From: Nitrososphaerota archaeon
Lineage (GTDB): Archaea; Thermoproteota; EX4484-205; JAAOZP01
Reading direction: 5' to 3'
DNA: 64,000 nucleotides
Assembly: GCA_011605725.1 (NCBI GenBank)
Contig: JAAOZP010000017.1
Span: forward strand, 320,001 to 384,000
Part shown: piece by piece, positions 59,022 to 64,000 of the stretch
How the letters are laid out: each line of letters starts with the position of its first letter
Position numbering within the stretch: position 1 is the stretch's first letter
Translations under genes and position numbers: made by a program
The notes under the pieces: model-generated
Seen by the model: the letters and a program-made list of their open reading frames with translations, nothing else
What the model was told of the DNA's origin: nothing
Database searches by the model: none

Positions 59022-59796
59022 ACGGTACTACGAGTCAGCAAGTATTCCGGTAAACCTGCCCTGGAAACTTAGCAGGAAGCATATCAGGATAGTTACTCGA
59101 GACGGGCGTTTCATAAAGCTTAACACGCTTAGAAACAGGATAAACTCTAAAGCATTATGGAGGCTCTGCGCCAAGTATGCTCCTACGCACGTCTGCATGA
59201 GCGTGCTCGACTACCTTTCCCCTGAGAAGGTTGGGCTGAGTAGCGAAGCAAGACATGCCTACCCTGTTGGCGGAGAGTATGTTGTCGACGTTGACAACTC
59301 CCTGTTTAGAGGGATAGATAGCCACGAGCATCCCAGGACACTGGTCTGCTACGAGTGTCTAGAGATTGTTAAGAAGTACACCATTAGAATCTGCGAACTC
59401 ATCGAGGAGAACTACAGCAACATAATTATAGTTTTCAGCGGCGTAAGGGGCTTCCACATTCATGTGCTCGACTTTCAGGCTGGAGACTGGGCTTCCTTCG
59501 ACGGGCACAACCTGTTTAAGAGTCACAAGGCCGCCAGGTTTCGCTACACCCTCCACCTCTCTAGGATGCTTGACACGCTTTTAGATAAGTCCCGTTTCAC
59601 GCTCTCAGTAGACCCGATGAAGGCTATAGCTGTTCCCTACTCTCTCAACGCCTCCACCATGCTGGTTTGCAGACCCGTAGGAAGCAGAATAGACCTTGAG
59701 AGGAAGAGCGTAACCAAGATACTCGACGAGGCAAACCCGGCTCTATTAATATGGCCGGTTAAAGCCATCTCTGAGCAACACGTCGAGTTTCAGTAA
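58990..59796 (+). CDS. Archaeo-eukaryotic primase (PriS-like) protein
   Basis: GEYVVDVD (motif I), HEH...CYEC Zn knuckle, FSGVRGFHIHV (motif II), D...VPYSLN; TTG start overlapping the radA 3' end. Confidence 0.8.
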   Translation: MWIRQDPSLVKRYYESASIPVNLPWKLSRKHIRIVTRDGRFIKLNTLRNRINSKALWRLCAKYAPTHVCMSVLDYLSPEKVGLSSEARHAYPVGGEYVVDVDNSLFRGIDSHEHPRTLVCYECLEIVKKYTIRICELIEENYSNIIIVFSGVRGFHIHVLDFQAGDWASFDGHNLFKSHKAARFRYTLHLSRMLDTLLDKSRFTLSVDPMKAIAVPYSLNASTMLVCRPVGSRIDLERKSVTKILDEANPALLIWPVKAISEQHVEFQ

Positions 59797-59940
59797 ACCA
59801 TTTACGCTAAAAACACCGTAGGCCGTATCCGCGAATGATTTTCCATGCTCCTCCTAAACGTGAAAATGCGATTTTCAGGGAAACTCATGTTCGAAGGGAT
59901 AAGGAAACAGATAAATCAAAGAGCAGGCTTATTCCTAATC

Positions 59941-60342
59941 GTGGTGACTAGGGCGAGAGATTTAATCGAGGATGCTGAGGACTTCCTAGGGTCTGCTTTA
60001 GACCTGTTTAAAACCGGAAGATGGTCAAAAGTATGCTTTAACGCGCAACAGGCAGCCGAGCTTTCCCTCAAGGCGGCTTTAAATCACTACGGTGTCGAAA
60101 AAAGGACGCACTCGCTTGTCGACCTAGTCGAAGAGCTGATTAAGATAGATGAACGGTTCAAAGCCTTTCAGGAAAACGCTAAGATACTGGACCAGTACTA
60201 TATTCCGACAAGGTATGCCAATGCTTTTGCAAGCGGGCCCGCTAAGAGATATTTCACAAGGCTACAGGCTGAGCAGGCAATAAGCCTAGCGAAATCCATT
60301 TTCGAGGAGGCGAAGAAGATTGTTACCGAAGGAGAAACTTAA
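59941..60342 (+). CDS. HEPN-domain protein
   Basis: CFNAQQAAELSLKA, THSL, YYIPTRYAN. Confidence 0.88.
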   Translation: MVTRARDLIEDAEDFLGSALDLFKTGRWSKVCFNAQQAAELSLKAALNHYGVEKRTHSLVDLVEELIKIDERFKAFQENAKILDQYYIPTRYANAFASGPAKRYFTRLQAEQAISLAKSIFEEAKKIVTEGET

Positions 60343-60751
60343 GAACATCGCCTACGAGAAGGTTATGGAGTTTCTACGTCAAGTCGAAAAGCTTAAGCCG
60401 ATGCTCATCGTGCTTTTCGGCTCCTACGCTAGGGGGGACTTCACTGAGAAGAGCGACATAGATGTGTGCATAGTGGCTGAGAATCTTCCCGAGAACATTT
60501 TCGAGAGGAGGAGCCTATCCGGGCTTTACAGGGTAGACAATCTGAGGGCCGTCGGATATTTCCCGCAAGAGTTTCTAGAGGAATTAGAGAAGCCTAACTT
60601 CTTCCTGTACGATGTGCTTGAGGACGGCATAATTATTCACTACGACAAGTCTTTTCTGGAAAACGTAATGGAGAAAAGAAACACGGTTAAAAAGAAAATG
60701 GGTTTAGTAAGGGAAAGCGACGGCTGGAGGATAATGAGAAAAGAGAAATAA
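60320..60751 (+). CDS. Minimal nucleotidyltransferase (MNT)
   Basis: LFGSYARGDF...SDIDV; overlaps the HEPN gene. Confidence 0.88.
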   Translation: MLPKEKLKNIAYEKVMEFLRQVEKLKPMLIVLFGSYARGDFTEKSDIDVCIVAENLPENIFERRSLSGLYRVDNLRAVGYFPQEFLEELEKPNFFLYDVLEDGIIIHYDKSFLENVMEKRNTVKKKMGLVRESDGWRIMRKEK

Positions 60752-61018
60752 AGCAGACGCGTCTTTAAACCGTGAGAGAATGAGGAAACTATAATAGCGC
60801 GTGCTGAATTTTAGCCCATCCCGACTTGGGCACGGGATGCTGATCTAATGTTTAGCAGTATATTCTCTTAAGGCTTAGCGCAACCCTACTCCTTTTTAAG
60901 TATTATACAGCGCATATTAGAGTTTCGAGGCCAGAATACTTACGATGGCGCATGCTCACAGATACGGGAGCCCCCAGCGCGCTAGCCTAGCTTTCAATAC
61001 TGGTTTCTAAAAACATTC

Positions 61019-61431
61019 TTATTTTTCAGCACTGGAGGTAATCCAGATTCTTTTAATCCCTCTAACCTTGTCGAACTCCCTGTCTTCGAAAACTATATTA
61101 CTTATCCCGGCTTTCTCCATCGTTGCCAAGTGTATAGCGTCAGAGGTTTCAAACCGTATTTCAACAAGTATTTTTCAGCGGGCTTTGAATCCTTCTCTTC
61201 AACAGGCAAGACTTCAGCGTAGGGCAGCACTATGTTTTTCAAGAAATCTAGAGTTGTTTCATACGACACTCCATACTTTCTCGATATGTAAAGCACCTTA
61301 TCTATCACAAGCATGCCCGTAAACAGCTGTTCTTCAAGAAGTCTTTTAAACAGCCCTTCTACCAGCCTTCTTTCATCATCCACCATAGCGTTCAAGTATA
61401 TGAAGAGGCAAGCATCTAGAAAGGCTTTCAA
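61019..61431 (-). pseudogene. vapC: VapC/PIN toxin, frameshifted
   Basis: FLDAC.FIY...KYGLKP then a frameshift near 61143; the other frame continues DAIHLATMEKAG...EDREFDKVRGIKRIW to a stop at 61019. Confidence 0.8.
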
Positions 61432-61709
61432 CCAGCGTTCTCCTCAAACTCCATTTCTAAATAGGCCTTACTCAGGCCCCCCAGTTTCAGACCAGAAACC
61501 CCTATCCTTCTAATCTTTTCAACATGCTCCTTAAGCCTTTTCATTATTTCCTCCTGAGAGGGTTTTCCCCTTATCAGGATTCCTTCAGAAGTGAGTTCGA
61601 TCGAAACCTTCTCTCCCTCCACTATTCCATACCTGTCTCTAAACACTTTAGGGATGAGTATTTGACCCTTTTCTCCAACTTTTACCTTGAGTTCAACCAT
61701 GGTTTCCAA
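61428..61709 (-). CDS. AbrB/MazE-fold antitoxin
   Basis: KVGEKGQILIPK..RD.YGI.EG. Confidence 0.88.
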   Translation of the reverse strand: METMVELKVKVGEKGQILIPKVFRDRYGIVEGEKVSIELTSEGILIRGKPSQEEIMKRLKEHVEKIRRIGVSGLKLGGLSKAYLEMEFEENAG

Positions 61710-61892
61710 AAGTTATACCTTAGTTGAAATCTTAAGCCTTTCCAACTTGAGTAGCAGCCAATGGGCACCTCCTCCTTCCCAAAGAAAGAGGCGAAAACCC
61801 TTGCTTCATCTAACAGCTTTCTCCTCAGCCCCCGCTACCTAAACCGACTCGAGAAGTATACTCTTAGTCTGAAGTTGTTTGTTTAACTCTAA

Positions 61893-62126
61893 TTTTTCAA
61901 GCACCATACGATACAGGGCGGAGTCTACTCTGAGCGCGCGCGGAAAAGCTTTGAGGAGTTGCTTGATGATGCAGTCGATGACCTTAGGAACCACCTTCAG
62001 TTCGATAAGTATAAGAACGTTAAATACGGTATAGCTATAGGATTCTCATATGATCCAGAGCAGGTGCTTGCGGAGGAGCCTGGCGTGCCCCCGCTCATAA
62101 GAGTGTATGGTAGGGGGGAGCCATAG
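61893..62126 (+). pseudogene. Start-less C-terminal gene fragment
   Basis: 78 open codons ...FEELLDDAVDDLRNHL...KYGIAIGFSYDP...*, ending 4 nt before the next ATG. Confidence 0.45.
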
Positions 62127-62130
62127 GGAA

Positions 62131-62796
62131 ATGAGCGTGGTTGAGAAGTTAAGGGTTCTGCTGGCTGAGAAGTTTGAGCGCAGGCCGTGGGAGAAGGTTG
62201 AGCTACTGCCTCCTCTCCCTCCTGAGAAGTGGGTGATAGCCGTTAGGATATCCTTCGACATCTTCATCAAGGCATACGAGAGTGGAAAGATACAGGTCGA
62301 TGCCGGCCCAAAGCCAACCAGGAGCGAAATACGGGAGTACTTGAGTAGAAAGAAGTATGGCCGCATGTATGAAAAGGCTAAGACTGAGGAGGAGAAGGAG
62401 AGGATTTTACGAAAGGAGCATGAAGAAATAGGGAGGATCCTCGAGGACTTCAAGCAGAGGAGGTTCGAGAAATATTTGAAGATGACTAGCGCATTCAGGT
62501 TTCCTGGCCTGAGGGTCGGATGGAGCCTTGCAGACTGCGCCAAGAGCCACATGTGGGGAATCGAGGTGGCTAAAAGGGTTAGCGAAAAACATGGCATTGA
62601 AGTCAGGTTCGAAATAGACTATGAATCGGGCTTCTTCACAACATTCGACTCAACAGGCATGGACGATGAACAATTAATCAACGAGACCATGAAAAGGGTA
62701 AATGCAATCGCCGAAGCTAGAGAGGTGTTCCTAAGCGAGAAGATGATGAACGAATTCTTGAAAAGTAAAGGAATAGAAGTAAGCGGCGCTAATTAG
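62131..62796 (+). CDS. Hypothetical protein
   Basis: Charged 221-aa ORF, ATG at 62131. Confidence 0.65.
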   Translation: MSVVEKLRVLLAEKFERRPWEKVELLPPLPPEKWVIAVRISFDIFIKAYESGKIQVDAGPKPTRSEIREYLSRKKYGRMYEKAKTEEEKERILRKEHEEIGRILEDFKQRRFEKYLKMTSAFRFPGLRVGWSLADCAKSHMWGIEVAKRVSEKHGIEVRFEIDYESGFFTTFDSTGMDDEQLINETMKRVNAIAEAREVFLSEKMMNEFLKSKGIEVSGAN

Positions 62797-62887
62797 GATG
62801 AATTCTTGACCTACACATGTTTGAATATTGAAATAAGTACAGCCGAATAGAACAAAGAAATTATTTATTTAATAAAAAAGAAAAAAA

Positions 62888-63015
62888 TGGTAGCCCGGAG
62901 GAGGTTCGAACTCCTGTCAAGGGGTTACTTTTCCGCTTTTTCGAGCGGATCCAGAGCCCCTCATCCCTAGTCGGGATCTAAGCCTTTTCCCCGTTGACCG
63001 CTAGACGACCGGGCT
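62888..63015 (-). tRNA. trnQ: tRNA-Gln(CUG) with two introns (21/22: 62967-62993; 37/38: 62926-62950), CCA encoded
   Basis: Acceptor AGCCCGG/CCGGGCU-ACCA, T-loop UUCGAAC, anticodon CUG; removing the 27- and 25-nt BHB-flanked inserts gives a 76-nt cloverleaf; TATA at about 63041-63048. Confidence 0.92.
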
Positions 63016-63087
63016 GCCTGTTTCGATGTTTCTTTGACGATATTTAAGTTTTTTTCGGCTGTTTTCCTCGCTTCTTCAACAGCTTTC

Positions 63088-63312
63088 TCACCTCATCTTG
63101 CTTATTTTCATCGAAGCAACCTTCCTCCGGGATGAGGCGGCGAGGATGGTGAGGAGGTTCTCTTCTTCCCTAACCCTCCTGATGAGTAGTAAATCGCCTT
63201 TCAAGTAGGCCAGCAACCTGTCTCCCTTCCTTAATCCTAACCGGCTTCCAACCCCTTTAGAGATGACGACCTGACCCTTAGAGCTGACTCGAGCATCCCC
63301 GACTTCCGCCAT
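63088..63312 (-). CDS. Orphan AbrB/MazE-fold protein (3' end possibly frameshifted)
   Basis: RVSSKGQVVI...LGLRKGD; out-of-frame EKAVEEARK follows the stop. Confidence 0.7.
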   Translation of the reverse strand: MAEVGDARVSSKGQVVISKGVGSRLGLRKGDRLLAYLKGDLLLIRRVREEENLLTILAASSRRKVASMKISKMR

Positions 63313-63554
63313 AGTAATCCTATTTATAAAGTAAGATTGGTCTTACTCATAAGCCTAGTGCAGGTAGCCTCAGCTTTATTTCCGCGCTACATGGCTTCTC
63401 TTTGAAACACCGTTACAACCTAAACCGTGAGATTATTTTTAACCGTGTGGCTTAGACCTGAGTTTCCCTTTCTTAACAAGCTTTGGCTAGTGCTTTGAAG
63501 CCGGGTTTCTTCAGACAAGCCCCTTTAGAATTCGTTTCGCGTGCATTGCTTTGG

Positions 63555-64000
63555 CTACGTTACCAAGCCTGCCCTCCTCAGCTTAGCCTCCACATCTGTG
63601 AGCCCGAGTCTTCTCAGTGTTCTCGGCTTCGGAACCCCTTTCTCATCCCAGCCTACAGCCTTGAAGTATTCAAGCCTCTCTTTTTCAAACCTTCTCCTGC
63701 TGAGCCTCCTGCCTTTGAACGGCCCTGAGGGCAGTGGCTCCCAGAACCTCGGCGGGTTGTCGTCGTCAACCCCGGGCCTCCACTTGAAGTCGGGGCCGCC
63801 TAGGAGCAGCATTGCTCTTTGAAGCTGAAGTATCCGTAGCGCCTTCTCCCCGTACCATTCCCTAAGCGTCATCCTCCAGCCTGTCACAGCCTCGTAGAAC
63901 TCTAAGATCTCACTGTCCGTTGGGCCGAAGGCTGCGAACATGCAGTAGACTCCGCTGTCAGGCAGTATGGAGGAGAGCTCACCCCTGTCTCCCTTGCGCA
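63555..64000 (-). CDS. Aldehyde:ferredoxin oxidoreductase family, C-terminal part (truncated by window edge)
   Basis: DDDNPPRFWEPLPSGP...YFKAVGWDEKGVPK..TL..LGL. Confidence 0.85.
   Translation of the reverse strand, partial: RKGDRGELSSILPDSGVYCMFAAFGPTDSEILEFYEAVTGWRMTLREWYGEKALRILQLQRAMLLLGGPDFKWRPGVDDDNPPRFWEPLPSGPFKGRRLSRRRFEKERLEYFKAVGWDEKGVPKPRTLRRLGLTDVEAKLRRAGLVT

Noticed and set aside
59800-63015. Intact integrative element at tRNA-Gln
   Set aside because: No integrase and no duplicated tRNA 3' end (att) seen in the window
1-64000. CRISPR array, rRNA, IS transposase; remaining antisense ORFs in the track
   Set aside because: No regularly spaced repeats, rRNA signatures or transposase motifs seen; the antisense ORFs are shadows of well-supported genes

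Overview
Chromosomal window from an archaeon. TFB, RadA, a GPN-loop GTPase, TATA-type promoters and a tRNA with BHB introns are all present; a TACK lineage such as Brock-/Bathyarchaeota is inferred, not proven. Most of the window is housekeeping, metabolite-repair and DNA-repair genes (surE, cinA-like, nth, nnr, ogg, htpX, purB, tldD/pmbA, cofE, nadE, lhr, trmI, EndoQ, apgM, msrA). The right end is a decaying toxin-antitoxin patch next to tRNA-Gln(CUG). Highlights: (1) a tfb <- -> dinB-radA-priS-like locus that looks like an archaeal damage-tolerance or 'mutasome' cassette, with a palindromic site over the dinB start; (2) a kleisin + KITE (ScpA/Nse4-like + Nse1/3-like) pair with no adjacent SMC; (3) an unannotated 57-aa histone-H1-like Pro/Ala/Lys protein with a strong promoter; (4) a ~200-nt promoter-associated, highly structured candidate ncRNA; (5) a LAGLIDADG intein in endonuclease Q; (6) two Mg2+-transport cassettes, each bracketed by an intact gene and a decayed partial copy of that gene; (7) a dispersed intergenic palindrome TAGCR-NN-YGCT. 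All calls come from reading motifs by eye; no database searches were run.
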